Shown here: positions 9,033 through 18,461 of the stretch, in pieces | Position numbering within the stretch: position 1 is the first letter of the stretch | Layout: every line of letters begins with the position of its first letter | Source: a virus | Direction: 5' to 3' (one strand) | DNA length: 64,000 bases | IMG/VR virus record: IMGVR_UViG_3300027861_000011 | Coordinates: 1 to 64,000 of that record | The notes under the pieces: generated by a model | What the model was told of the DNA's origin: nothing | Seen by the model: the letters and a program-made list of their open reading frames with translations, nothing else | Databases searched by the model: none | Program-made: the position numbers and the translations under genes

Positions 9033-9870
9033 TAGTTATTTTTTTGTGAAAATTTAAAAAGTCATTATAAAGTCTTTGATTATTTCTCTCATGGAAGAAT
9101 AAGTGGTTGAACATAATTGGTTTATTGCACTTAACCCAAGTATTTCTTTTAAGACCGTTTATTGTGTGAAAATGACATGGTAAACCAACTTCAAATGGAA
9201 GGTTAAAACTTACGACTGGATATTCTACATAATCCATTGGTGTAATATTATTCTTAGCCATTGCTATTGCAAATATTACTTCATCCGTCATACCACCTCT
9301 AAATTGTGTTAAACAACCGTAATCTGCGTAATTATCTAAAGCGTCAAAACAATCATCTCTAAATTTTTTGTAATTCTCATGTCCCTTATTAAAACATAAT
9401 AAACCACCATGTATTGCTGGTATCTTTTTACCAACCTTTTTATCTACCTGTGCAACCTTACCCCAGTGCCATGAAGCTAAATAATCATAACCACAACAAA
9501 CAAACGGTTCATTCTTTTCATTAATATAATCCCACATCCTATTTGGATTTGCTATACAAGCTATATCAGAATCTATAGCTAACGTTTTTTCGTATGGTAT
9601 TATATCTGACATTAGGATTCTTGGTATCACACAATAAAGATTATGTGAGTTCTTTTCGTCCTTCAAATATTTCTCAGTTTCATAATCCAAAACAATTATA
9701 TCATCAAAAACCTCTTTAGTCTTTGCGTATTCGTAATCAGCTTTGTTTGTAAGTATTGCTTTGGGTCTGTCCTTATCGTAGGCATCAATCATTTCGGCAC
9801 ATAGTTGACATTCATCAACATACTTCTTACCGAATCCCATAAATATGTAACCTTCTTTTATATTTTCCAT
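9022..9870 (-). CDS. GT-A fold glycosyltransferase (GT8-like)
   Basis: 'PYEKTLAIDSD' DxD, 'HGGLLCF', 'TDEVIFAIAM'. Confidence 0.7.
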   Translation of the reverse strand: MENIKEGYIFMGFGKKYVDECQLCAEMIDAYDKDRPKAILTNKADYEYAKTKEVFDDIIVLDYETEKYLKDEKNSHNLYCVIPRILMSDIIPYEKTLAIDSDIACIANPNRMWDYINEKNEPFVCCGYDYLASWHWGKVAQVDKKVGKKIPAIHGGLLCFNKGHENYKKFRDDCFDALDNYADYGCLTQFRGGMTDEVIFAIAMAKNNITPMDYVEYPVVSFNLPFEVGLPCHFHTINGLKRNTWVKCNKPIMFNHLFFHERNNQRLYNDFLNFHKKITNGI

Positions 9871-10649
9871 AACGTTGTAACTTTGTTTCTTATTTCACCG
9901 TTAAAATCTAACCCTAATAACTGTCTATCGGTAGTACCGTGTAATATAAATACCTCTTCAAACTCTTCATCGAAAATATTTTTACCAATTAATTTACCGT
10001 CTTTAATTTTTAATGGCATGTGGTTCATAGAGCAATGATTAAATGAGCCACCCAATACCTTGTGTTTATTACTACCAACAACCAATGATAAGAATGTTTC
10101 ATCATACATCCCAGTATTAATTGTTATATTATATTTATTATGAACTTCAAATATTTGACTTAGTATCAACATATTAACTTCATTATTGTGAAACATAAAA
10201 ACTCCACCAGTATAAAATAAATTTTTATCAGTTAAATTATATTCACTAACAAATTTACCAGCGTCTGGGTGTCTGAATATTTGTTTAAACTTAGAGAAGT
10301 TTTTAACGTGAAAGTGATTAACAACCCCAAAATTATCTCCAAGCTTTTTACTTATATCTTCCAATCTATCTGAACAAACTACGGTATCACAATCTAAATA
10401 TATTCCATACTCAGTATCTATTTGTTGACACAAATAAAATTTATATTTCCAGAATAATTCTTTAGTATCAATCTTTTCATTTGTATAAATAACTTCTATG
10501 TTGTCATGTGATTTTAATTTTCCACCAACATCAAGTATTTTAACTTTATGTGGTGTTTTGATTCTACTTAAACTATTTAACGATTTTTGTAATTGTTTAT
10601 AGTAAACATCACCACCACCAACTATATAAAATATTGTATATTTCTCCAT
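9858..10649 (-). CDS. GT-A fold glycosyltransferase (GT8-like)
   Basis: 'GIYLDCDTVV' DxD, 'YTGGVFMF', 'YDETFLS'. Confidence 0.72.
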   Translation of the reverse strand: MEKYTIFYIVGGGDVYYKQLQKSLNSLSRIKTPHKVKILDVGGKLKSHDNIEVIYTNEKIDTKELFWKYKFYLCQQIDTEYGIYLDCDTVVCSDRLEDISKKLGDNFGVVNHFHVKNFSKFKQIFRHPDAGKFVSEYNLTDKNLFYTGGVFMFHNNEVNMLILSQIFEVHNKYNITINTGMYDETFLSLVVGSNKHKVLGGSFNHCSMNHMPLKIKDGKLIGKNIFDEEFEEVFILHGTTDRQLLGLDFNGEIRNKVTTLWKI

Positions 10650-11296
10650 TATTTTTTAATTACAATAATACTATTATCAACCTCATTTTTACCTGGGTTT
10701 GGTAAATCTATCATTTCGATATACTCATAATTATTTTTATTCTCTTTAACAAATTGTTTAGCCTCATTATAATGTTTGGTCTTCATGTTTATATCTTCAA
10801 TAATATAATAACCACCACTTTTTAATGAGTGAATTGAGTTATCTAAGAATATTTTATTAGCGTGGAATTCATGTAACCCATCGTCAATAATGATATCAAA
10901 ATCCTTATTAATATTACTGATTAATTCCTTGACTGCGACTCCATCTGTTTGGTCGCAAAGAAATGTTTTAATTTTATCAGTTTTAACCAAACAATCAGTA
11001 TCAATATCACAAGAATAAATATCACAATTCTTAAAGTATTTTTCCCACCCATATAGTGATGCTGCAATAGTACCATCTGGTCCCATGCCGTGGGTAAATC
11101 CAGGATTGGTACTACCGATACCAACCTCGAATATATTCTTTACATCATCTTTTATATCAACCCATAAAAAATTGTATAGTGTTGTGTAATTATGATGACC
11201 ATTACCTTTATCACTACCACATTCATTCATAATCTTACAAAGTTTCGTTGGTTTTGTGTAACTCTCCTCTTCAATAAATTTATTTATATTTTTCAT
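10649..11296 (-). CDS. Sugar O-methyltransferase-like protein (MycE/TylE-type class I SAM MT)
   Basis: 'GSDKG..HNYT..Y', 'IFEVGIG', 'SLYGWEKYF', 'DQ', 'DIIIDDGLH', 'GGYYIIEDI'. Confidence 0.78.
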   Translation of the reverse strand: MKNINKFIEEESYTKPTKLCKIMNECGSDKGNGHHNYTTLYNFLWVDIKDDVKNIFEVGIGSTNPGFTHGMGPDGTIAASLYGWEKYFKNCDIYSCDIDTDCLVKTDKIKTFLCDQTDGVAVKELISNINKDFDIIIDDGLHEFHANKIFLDNSIHSLKSGGYYIIEDINMKTKHYNEAKQFVKENKNNYEYIEMIDLPNPGKNEVDNSIIVIKK

Positions 11297-12228
11297 TACT
11301 TAATTATTTTTTCTATATTAGGTATGTAATATTTCTCAATGATTATTTCCCAATCAAAATTATCTTTTACATATTGTCTTATTTCTTTTCTACGTTCTCT
11401 AGATACAACTCTATTCCTTTCAATAATACTTTTAACGTATTCAATATCATTCATCTTGTTCTTTGGGATAACATCGATGAACGGTAATGATGTATCTAAG
11501 TTTGCTGTGGAGTATTCAGATATAACAATACCTAACCCAGCAGACATCGCTTCCATACATACAAGTGGATGAGCTTCACCATCACTAAGAAGAACCAGAT
11601 TACTATAGTTTGTTAATTCCTTATATAATGTATCCTTAGTCCATTCTCCAAGATAATTATTTTTATTAAATTTATTATCGACAATATTACCAGCAAAGTA
11701 TAAGTTTTCAATATTATGATATTTATATTGACCCTTTCTATCATCAACCTTAGCTAGATATATGGACTTATCTTCTGGTGTTTCCGTAAAATCAAATAAA
11801 TCGTATCTAACTCCATTTGGAACCACTAACACTTTATCTTCAGCTTTACCATGATTAACATAAGTATCCTTTATTCCTTGAGACAATGCAAATATGTGTG
11901 CATTAACACCTATAAATTGTCTAAATAAATTAACATAACCACCATGTCTATTTGGTTGCTCTAAATAAGCATAGTGTGATGTTAGAATAACTGGTTGTTT
12001 AATTTTATTAGTTAAACCAACCCAATTATCATATTGTATGTGCACAACATCTGGGTTGAATTGATTTATTTCGTTTAGTATTGTATTAGCTTCTCTAATG
12101 TTTATTATTTTAACTTCATGACCCAACTTAGTTAATACCACTTTATAATCCCATATAAGACTTTCCACAGCACCCCATCCTTTTGGTGGTATTGCCATTA
12201 ATCCAGGTCCTATTATCGCAATTTTCAT
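11296..12228 (-). CDS. Glycosyltransferase, GT4 family
   Basis: 'MKIAIIGPGLMAIPPKGWGAVE', 'VVPNGV', 'EAHPLVCMEAMSAGLGIV'. Confidence 0.88.
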   Translation of the reverse strand: MKIAIIGPGLMAIPPKGWGAVESLIWDYKVVLTKLGHEVKIINIREANTILNEINQFNPDVVHIQYDNWVGLTNKIKQPVILTSHYAYLEQPNRHGGYVNLFRQFIGVNAHIFALSQGIKDTYVNHGKAEDKVLVVPNGVRYDLFDFTETPEDKSIYLAKVDDRKGQYKYHNIENLYFAGNIVDNKFNKNNYLGEWTKDTLYKELTNYSNLVLLSDGEAHPLVCMEAMSAGLGIVISEYSTANLDTSLPFIDVIPKNKMNDIEYVKSIIERNRVVSRERRKEIRQYVKDNFDWEIIIEKYYIPNIEKIIK

Positions 12229-12229
12229 A

Positions 12230-12937
12230 TTAACTTCTTAGGTTTTTGTGTGTTCCGTGTTTATTCTTATCTAATTGAATCATTTTCATATTACTCATGT
12301 CACCACCCCAAACTTCTGGGTAAATATATGAATAAGGTAATACTAACGGATTTTTATCCTTGTAATACCAATTAATTTCTGACTCATCATGCCATAATGG
12401 TATTATATTATTTTGTGTGTCAATGTCAATATTAACAGCTAACAATTTTGACATTTCTAACCATTCTTTAGTTCTACCACCATTAAAACATCCTTGGACA
12501 TAAACACTACCCTCACCTTTTGGGATGTAGCAACTAGATTTCGTATTTCTATCATATGGGAAAACTAGATTACCTTTACCGAAAAATCCAGGATGATGAA
12601 CGCCCATGAGCCAATTATTATCTTCATGTGGAATTATTTCTTTCCCAATAGGGTTTAAAGCTTTCATATTGGCATTGAAGAAGAAAAGATAATCTTCATT
12701 TTTTAATTGTTTACTTATAGAGTTAAACATATGAAATCTCATCATTGTGTCATATGGCCAACCTAATTTTTCTTGTTGGATTCTTACGACATTATCATAT
12801 GGTGGTATCGTCCCATCACTAAAAACATAATAAGTTTTTTCGTAATCAGTCAGAAAGTTTTTTTCTAATGACTTATAAAGGGTTTCAAAAAATATCTCGT
12901 ATTTCCCAGTACATATTGTTAAAATTCCTATTTTCAT
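12230..12937 (-). CDS. GT6-family glycosyltransferase (ABO/alpha-1,3-Gal(NAc) transferase-like, bacterial NXN type)
   Basis: 'MKIGILTICTGKY', 'LGWPYDTMMRF', 'YLFFFNAN' (NXN in place of DXD), 'HHPGF', 'YDR', 'QGCFNGG', 'WHDESEIN', 'YIYPE', 'LDKNK'. Confidence 0.92.
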   Translation of the reverse strand: MKIGILTICTGKYEIFFETLYKSLEKNFLTDYEKTYYVFSDGTIPPYDNVVRIQQEKLGWPYDTMMRFHMFNSISKQLKNEDYLFFFNANMKALNPIGKEIIPHEDNNWLMGVHHPGFFGKGNLVFPYDRNTKSSCYIPKGEGSVYVQGCFNGGRTKEWLEMSKLLAVNIDIDTQNNIIPLWHDESEINWYYKDKNPLVLPYSYIYPEVWGGDMSNMKMIQLDKNKHGTHKNLRS

Positions 12938-13473
12938 TTTACTGCTTCTATATTTAAACTCATTAATTTTCCATTATCCTTGTCCATATGCGGTATATAT
13001 GATTGAGAAAAGTCATCTAATTCAGAATGTTCAGTACATCTCCAATCATATCTTAACACATCTTTAAAACCAACCTTAATTAAGTCGTTCTTGAGTGATT
13101 GGAAATCCCATGTGATGTAATGATAATTTTCTGTGTAAGTTTGACCACCGTAAAGTAGTCCTATAAGTTTGGTTACGTCACCAGTTTCGTTGTAATATTC
13201 TACAACCTTACCAAAGTCTGGTACAGATATTCTAATAGTACCACCATCTTTAAGTAATTCGAACCATCTTTCTAATATAGCCATATATTCGTGTCTTCCG
13301 AAGTGTTCTAGAGTATGACATACGTAGATTAAATCTACACTATTATTTTCAATTGATTCTAATTTACCAATATCATCGATTAAATCTGGGTTAACTTCTT
13401 CTCGTATGTCTATATTGATAAAACCATCTATATGTTTATTACCACTTCCTAAGTGTAATTTTATTTTTTCCAT
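12934..13473 (-). CDS. Methyltransferase (Methyltransf_11-like)
   Basis: 'KLHLGSG', 'INIDI', 'CHTLEHF', 'LLKDGGTIRISVPD'. Confidence 0.85.
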   Translation of the reverse strand: MEKIKLHLGSGNKHIDGFINIDIREEVNPDLIDDIGKLESIENNSVDLIYVCHTLEHFGRHEYMAILERWFELLKDGGTIRISVPDFGKVVEYYNETGDVTKLIGLLYGGQTYTENYHYITWDFQSLKNDLIKVGFKDVLRYDWRCTEHSELDDFSQSYIPHMDKDNGKLMSLNIEAVK

Positions 13474-13479
13474 AAAATA

Positions 13480-14277
13480 TCAAATTTGTGTCCAACCCTC
13501 ACAATATAAATCGTTAATGTGAAGGTTGGTTTGTTTGCCCCCGAACCATGTTTTCGGAGCTATTACTTTCTTATTGTCATTTTGGTTTAACCAGGCACCC
13601 CACCAACTAAAACTTGAGTTTGCTATAATGTTATTATCGCACATACTCATCAAGTATAAATCAAGGATGTCGATGTTATTGGTAATGTAATAAATATTAG
13701 CATTTTCAATAACCAAATTTTCTTTACACCACTTAATGTCATCCGAAAATACTAAAATATTAACTTCTGTAAGGTCATTTCCGTATATTTCATTTAATGC
13801 GTTCTTATAATAATCCAAACTAACTAGTGGGTGATAATCTTGCTTATTTATATAATCTCCACGTCTTATATGAAGTGAACATGAATTAACTAGAACATCA
13901 TAATACTTACTTTTTAATACTTTTTTAAAGTCTTCAGATAATCTGAACGTTTCTAATATTAAGTCTCTATGGTCTTTAAAATACTTTTCGGATTGAAAAT
14001 ATCCCTTAAGACCATAATTAAGTGTTGTGTTTAATTCTATTTTATTATAACCAAAACCTGGTTCTTGATAATTAACCTCTATCTTTCCTGTTGGATTATT
14101 ACTTAATTTATTTTCCATGAACTCATTGAAATCAGAATGAGTATAACTACACTTCCAATGATTAAAATAATAGTTTAACCCATTATCCATTCCAGTAGCA
14201 ATGGTTGTAGCTATTTGGAACATTTGATTCCCAAGTCTACCCATGGAACCTAATCCGTTATAAGTTACACTACCCAT
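13480..14277 (-). CDS. Alpha-1,2-fucosyltransferase, GT11 family
   Basis: 'GRLGNQMFQ', 'GYFQSEKYF', 'SLHIRRGDY', 'FSDDIKWC', 'IIANSSFSWWGAWL'. Confidence 0.93.
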   Translation of the reverse strand: MGSVTYNGLGSMGRLGNQMFQIATTIATGMDNGLNYYFNHWKCSYTHSDFNEFMENKLSNNPTGKIEVNYQEPGFGYNKIELNTTLNYGLKGYFQSEKYFKDHRDLILETFRLSEDFKKVLKSKYYDVLVNSCSLHIRRGDYINKQDYHPLVSLDYYKNALNEIYGNDLTEVNILVFSDDIKWCKENLVIENANIYYITNNIDILDLYLMSMCDNNIIANSSFSWWGAWLNQNDNKKVIAPKTWFGGKQTNLHINDLYCEGWTQI

Positions 14278-15011
14278 TCTAATTTTTTATACGGTTCCAT
14301 ATTTCTTATCTTCACAGCAATATCAGTAACCAAAGTCATGTCAACCTTATGGTCATTAAGTGGATTCTGTTCATTGTAAATGTAATTAACTTCATTCATA
14401 AATCTATAATGTTCTTGTCCCGACATTTCAAGCATCGGATACATGAATGCTAAATCACCAGTTACTTTCCAAAATATTCCATTCTCGTCCTTCAAGTCAT
14501 CTTGCTTAATAGCTCTCCATAAGAAAGCTCTCCACGTTCTTATATGTGAAGCTGTAAATCTAGATGTTCTAAGATTGTCAGTAATGGCTTGTTCAGAAGC
14601 AAAACCAGGTTGACCATTAGAGTATCTAAAACTACCATTGGCAATCCATACATTATCATCAGAGTAAACTTCTGCAATTCTAGAAAGTGTTTTAGAATCT
14701 GGTAACCAATCATCACCATCAACTTCAACAATAACTTCATTATCATCTATATTGTCATTCCCTCTAATAACTTGGTCGTAATTCCCAGGTTGGTAGAACT
14801 TATCCTTATTTTCTATTAGGATGAACCTTTCATCACCCTTTATCATCGATTTTACTTTCTCTACTGACCCGTCAGTACTGATATCATCAGTTATGTAACA
14901 TTTAAAATCTCTAAATTTTTGCCCCATTAAAGAGCCAATACATCTCTCAACATATTCTTCCGCATTATATAGTGTTGTAACTATTATCATAATTCTAAAA
15001 CTTTTAACCAT
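14265..15011 (-). CDS. Glycosyltransferase, GT2 family
   Basis: 'IIVTTLYNAEEYVERCIGSL', 'TDDISTD', 'EVDGDDWL'. Start probably a few codons downstream of the track start. Confidence 0.85.
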   Translation of the reverse strand: MVKSFRIMIIVTTLYNAEEYVERCIGSLMGQKFRDFKCYITDDISTDGSVEKVKSMIKGDERFILIENKDKFYQPGNYDQVIRGNDNIDDNEVIVEVDGDDWLPDSKTLSRIAEVYSDDNVWIANGSFRYSNGQPGFASEQAITDNLRTSRFTASHIRTWRAFLWRAIKQDDLKDENGIFWKVTGDLAFMYPMLEMSGQEHYRFMNEVNYIYNEQNPLNDHKVDMTLVTDIAVKIRNMEPYKKLEWVV

Positions 15012-15781
15012 TTAGATATAACTTCTTCATTAGTAATATCTATAGTATCATTATTTGTTGCATGATTACCTTTAAATTCAGTACCAGTACTATAACACTC
15101 ATCCTTTACTAATGAAGCTACTTCACTTTTTGAGGATAAGTAAGCAGTACCTATCATGTCATACATTTCTTGTTTATTCGAAATAAACCCATATTCTGAA
15201 ACGTTGTCATACTTGTCTATAAGTGGTTTAACGAACTCATTATAATAATTCTGGTTAGATACCGCTCCGAAGAGTAAAACCTTCTTAAAACCATCATTAA
15301 CTGCTCTCTCGATTGATATGTGTGTTTGTTTATTAATATCGAATGAACCAATTATCCCAGCAGTATTTTTTGCTTCTTCAGATTTGGGTTTATTTTCAAA
15401 TAAAACCTTTACGTTAGGTATTATCTCATAATTACCGAAATAATTCTTGTGATATTTTCTTTGTTTATCATTAAGGAAAACAACTGTATCCCAGAATGGT
15501 CTTACATTACCCACTTCAAATATATCCTTCTCGTGACAAGCTAAAATTATCTTCTTAGGTTTTGGAATTCCACTAGGTAACTCAATAAAATGAGCAATAA
15601 TTATATCGTCTTGATTTATAGTGAAATCCTTATGCATTGCACCATTACATTTATCTAAATGCCATTCATGAGGGCCATAAAGTATTGAGTCGTAACCAGC
15701 TTCCTTTAACTCTTTCATTAGGTTAATAAAAGCAAATGTAGAACCACCTTTATTGCTCCATCCAGTTATTATCTTTATCAT
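14987..15781 (-). CDS. Glycosyltransferase, GT-B fold-like
   Basis: 'GWSNKGGSTFAFINLMKELKEAGYD', 'SEYGF', 'SKSEVASLVKDEC'. Confidence 0.6.
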   Translation of the reverse strand: MIKIITGWSNKGGSTFAFINLMKELKEAGYDSILYGPHEWHLDKCNGAMHKDFTINQDDIIIAHFIELPSGIPKPKKIILACHEKDIFEVGNVRPFWDTVVFLNDKQRKYHKNYFGNYEIIPNVKVLFENKPKSEEAKNTAGIIGSFDINKQTHISIERAVNDGFKKVLLFGAVSNQNYYNEFVKPLIDKYDNVSEYGFISNKQEMYDMIGTAYLSSKSEVASLVKDECYSTGTEFKGNHATNNDTIDITNEEVISKWLKVLEL

Positions 15782-16869
15782 GCTAACGTAATTTGGTATT
15801 TACCGATTATCTCTTCAATTGTTGATTCATTTTTAAGTGTTACTGTTGGTAACTCTGGATAAAGTTTAGCCAAATGTGTAGCCATTTCTGTATTATCGGC
15901 ATGTATTATATCAAAATCAGCTTCACTTATTCTATATAACTTATTTGGTTCAGATGTTACCGTACCATTAGGGCTATTTAACCCCCATTTACCATCACCT
16001 ACTTTATAACCTGGTGGTTGGTTTAATGGGGCAAACTTACCACCTTTAGCCATAAGCCTTTTAAAATTGGGTTCATCATCAGTTAATACTGGTGAAACCA
16101 CAGTAATGTTATGGTTCATACTTTTTAACTTACCAACCAAATCTAAAGATTCTGAAATATTTAGACTACCAATTAATATCTTAAACCTTTCATTACCCTT
16201 GAAAACTCTATCTATTTTAATTGGTAAATTAGTTTTATACTTCTCAGCAAATTCTTTTCTATTATCTTCCCATTCTTGGTTAGTTTCACCTATCGATTGG
16301 TGATTGACTCTTACGTTAGTATGAACACCAACCTTAACACCAGCTAAGTAATTTCTGAAACAAAAATCAACATCATAGAAATGAAAACCTTTAACGTCTA
16401 AATTAAATTGTTCTTTAATTCTACCCCTATGTACAGAGAATAAAACACCATCAACTATTATAGCTTCCTCAACATCATTCCCTAAATCATCACTGTATTT
16501 AGAAAGCCATGTTTTACCCTCGTGAGTATGTGCAACTCTACCATACATCTTCTTCTTATCATCCCACCATCTACCCGTTTCACTCATATATTTAGTTCCA
16601 GCAACACCAAGAATACCGTACTCTGGGTTATTATCAAATAATTTACTTATCTTATTGGCTATTTGTTTAGTTTCGATAGTAATATCATCGTGACAAAACA
16701 CTATAATGTCATTCTTAGCTTCATCTAAAGCCTTTTGATAGAACTTAGTAAGACCCTCTCCTTTATTTATATATTCAATAATTTCTACCTTTGGATTTCC
16801 ACACGCTTTCTTTAAGTGTTTAATGTGGTCTGGGTTATGTTCTCTTGTACAATATACTATACTAATCAT
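15778..16869 (-). CDS. GT2-like glycosyltransferase with C-terminal degenerate GT-B-like segment
   Basis: 'MISIVYCT', 'IVFCHDD', 'IVDGVLFSV', 'GFHFYDVDFC'; C-terminal 'KILIG...NHNITVVS'. Confidence 0.78.
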   Translation of the reverse strand: MISIVYCTREHNPDHIKHLKKACGNPKVEIIEYINKGEGLTKFYQKALDEAKNDIIVFCHDDITIETKQIANKISKLFDNNPEYGILGVAGTKYMSETGRWWDDKKKMYGRVAHTHEGKTWLSKYSDDLGNDVEEAIIVDGVLFSVHRGRIKEQFNLDVKGFHFYDVDFCFRNYLAGVKVGVHTNVRVNHQSIGETNQEWEDNRKEFAEKYKTNLPIKIDRVFKGNERFKILIGSLNISESLDLVGKLKSMNHNITVVSPVLTDDEPNFKRLMAKGGKFAPLNQPPGYKVGDGKWGLNSPNGTVTSEPNKLYRISEADFDIIHADNTEMATHLAKLYPELPTVTLKNESTIEEIIGKYQITLA

Positions 16870-17549
16870 TTTATAAAACTTTTATATTTCTCATTATATA
16901 TTTCTACGGCTTTATCGTAGAACGCTATTTCTACCTCAAGTAGTTCTTTTAATTTTTCTTTATCCTCATTACTAATATTTTTTTTAGTCTTTGTAGTGTT
17001 AGTTATTCTATATTGTGGTTTCCATTTATTAATATCACAACATAAGTCAATAAACTCATCATACTTATTAGTAAAACCAAAAAGGAATTTATCATCCTTA
17101 ATATTTTTTAAAGCAATATCTAATTTTAATTCATATGGCGTATCTTCTGGAAGTCCACAAACATGATGTAATTGATAATATTTCTGACTTCCATTATCGT
17201 GAAACCAATCTATTATATTAACCTTATCATTAATCCAACCTCTATCATTTGCATATTTATAAGCTGATATAGTTCTTGAAATTGGTTCCCTAAACATTGT
17301 AATATATTGATAATTCTTAGTACCTAAATATGGGTGTAATCCATATTGAAAATGTTCAGAAAATAAATTAAAATGTTTGAATACTTCCATACCATTAGGT
17401 TCTGACTCTAAAAACTTTTGGGTATCTCTAACGTCAGTTAAGTACCATAACTTACTATAACCAAAATAAGCTTTAGGTATATTCGTTTGTAAAAACGACC
17501 TAAAGCTTGTTCCAGCAGTCTTACCTATATGTACAAAAATATATTTCAT
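16866..17549 (-). CDS. Sulfotransferase (Sulfotransfer_2-like)
   Basis: 'FVHIGKTAGTSF', 'FREPISRTISAY'. Confidence 0.85.
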   Translation of the reverse strand: MKYIFVHIGKTAGTSFRSFLQTNIPKAYFGYSKLWYLTDVRDTQKFLESEPNGMEVFKHFNLFSEHFQYGLHPYLGTKNYQYITMFREPISRTISAYKYANDRGWINDKVNIIDWFHDNGSQKYYQLHHVCGLPEDTPYELKLDIALKNIKDDKFLFGFTNKYDEFIDLCCDINKWKPQYRITNTTKTKKNISNEDKEKLKELLEVEIAFYDKAVEIYNEKYKSFIK

Positions 17550-18298
17550 TAAAATTCGTATTTGTAATTATAAAGTTCGATGTCCTTACCCCAAATTTGT
17601 TCTACTATCTCTCTAGTCGCTGGATTGTAGAAAAACTTATAATCTGGTATGATAGTATCATCACCTTCTCTTGTTATAATATCTTTAGCTCTCTTATCAA
17701 AAGCAATGTCACCAAAGTCTTTTATCTTCTTGGTGTAGTGGAATGATTTACCGATATCACCTTCAACACTTAAGGTTGTACCATGAGCTTTATTAATCTT
17801 ATCAATTTCATTCTTAATATTTTCAATCTTTACAATGTGGTTCCAATTATTCTCAATATCAATTGAGTCATGTTGCACCTCTTGATGGAACTCAGTTTTA
17901 CCTTTACCTACATCAATTCTTGAAACATAATTCAAGTAATCAATAAAGCTAATATTATTAGGTTCTTCTTCACCAGTCATTTGCTTTATTTGAGCAATTA
18001 CTGGATGATTCTCAGCGGTGTAAGCGTCTCTCATATAGTGAACGTAACTACTTACTGCTCTCCTATATGGGTCACGTACAACTTTGAACTTAATCATATC
18101 CTTTTTATGTAGGTAATTAGTTAATACAGGATTCTTAGGTTCATACACACGTTGTCTGTATTGGTGTATGAATGGATGAAACTCAATAGCATCCTCCAAT
18201 AGACCTAATTCGTGGAAGAACATCTTACATGCCGTTGTACACGCACACTTAGGAGTCCAACCCATCATAATATTTTTATCCTTGTTTACTAGTATCAT
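17549..18298 (-). CDS. Sulfotransferase (Sulfotransfer_2-like)
   Basis: 'WTPKCACTTA', 'VVRDPYRRAVSSY', 'SFIDYL', 'KIENI'. Confidence 0.85.
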   Translation of the reverse strand: MILVNKDKNIMMGWTPKCACTTACKMFFHELGLLEDAIEFHPFIHQYRQRVYEPKNPVLTNYLHKKDMIKFKVVRDPYRRAVSSYVHYMRDAYTAENHPVIAQIKQMTGEEEPNNISFIDYLNYVSRIDVGKGKTEFHQEVQHDSIDIENNWNHIVKIENIKNEIDKINKAHGTTLSVEGDIGKSFHYTKKIKDFGDIAFDKRAKDIITREGDDTIIPDYKFFYNPATREIVEQIWGKDIELYNYKYEF

Positions 18299-18434
18299 TT
18301 TTTAAAATGTGAATTAAACCTTTAATGTTATAATGTTTACCACTAACTAATGGTAACCTAAAAGTTAAAACACCCCTTTCATCTAAATCAGTTAAGTCAT
18401 TTATTAGATTTTTAATTAACTTTTCCTTTTTCAT
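18276..18434 (-). CDS. Possible 52-aa small ORF
   Basis: Not in track. MKKEKLIKNLINDLTDLDERGVLTFRLPLVSGKHYNIKGLIHILKNDTSKQG fills the intergenic gap and overlaps the next start. Confidence 0.4.
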   Translation of the reverse strand: MKKEKLIKNLINDLTDLDERGVLTFRLPLVSGKHYNIKGLIHILKNDTSKQG

Positions 18435-18461
18435 CCTTATTATCAATTTATCTAATATACA

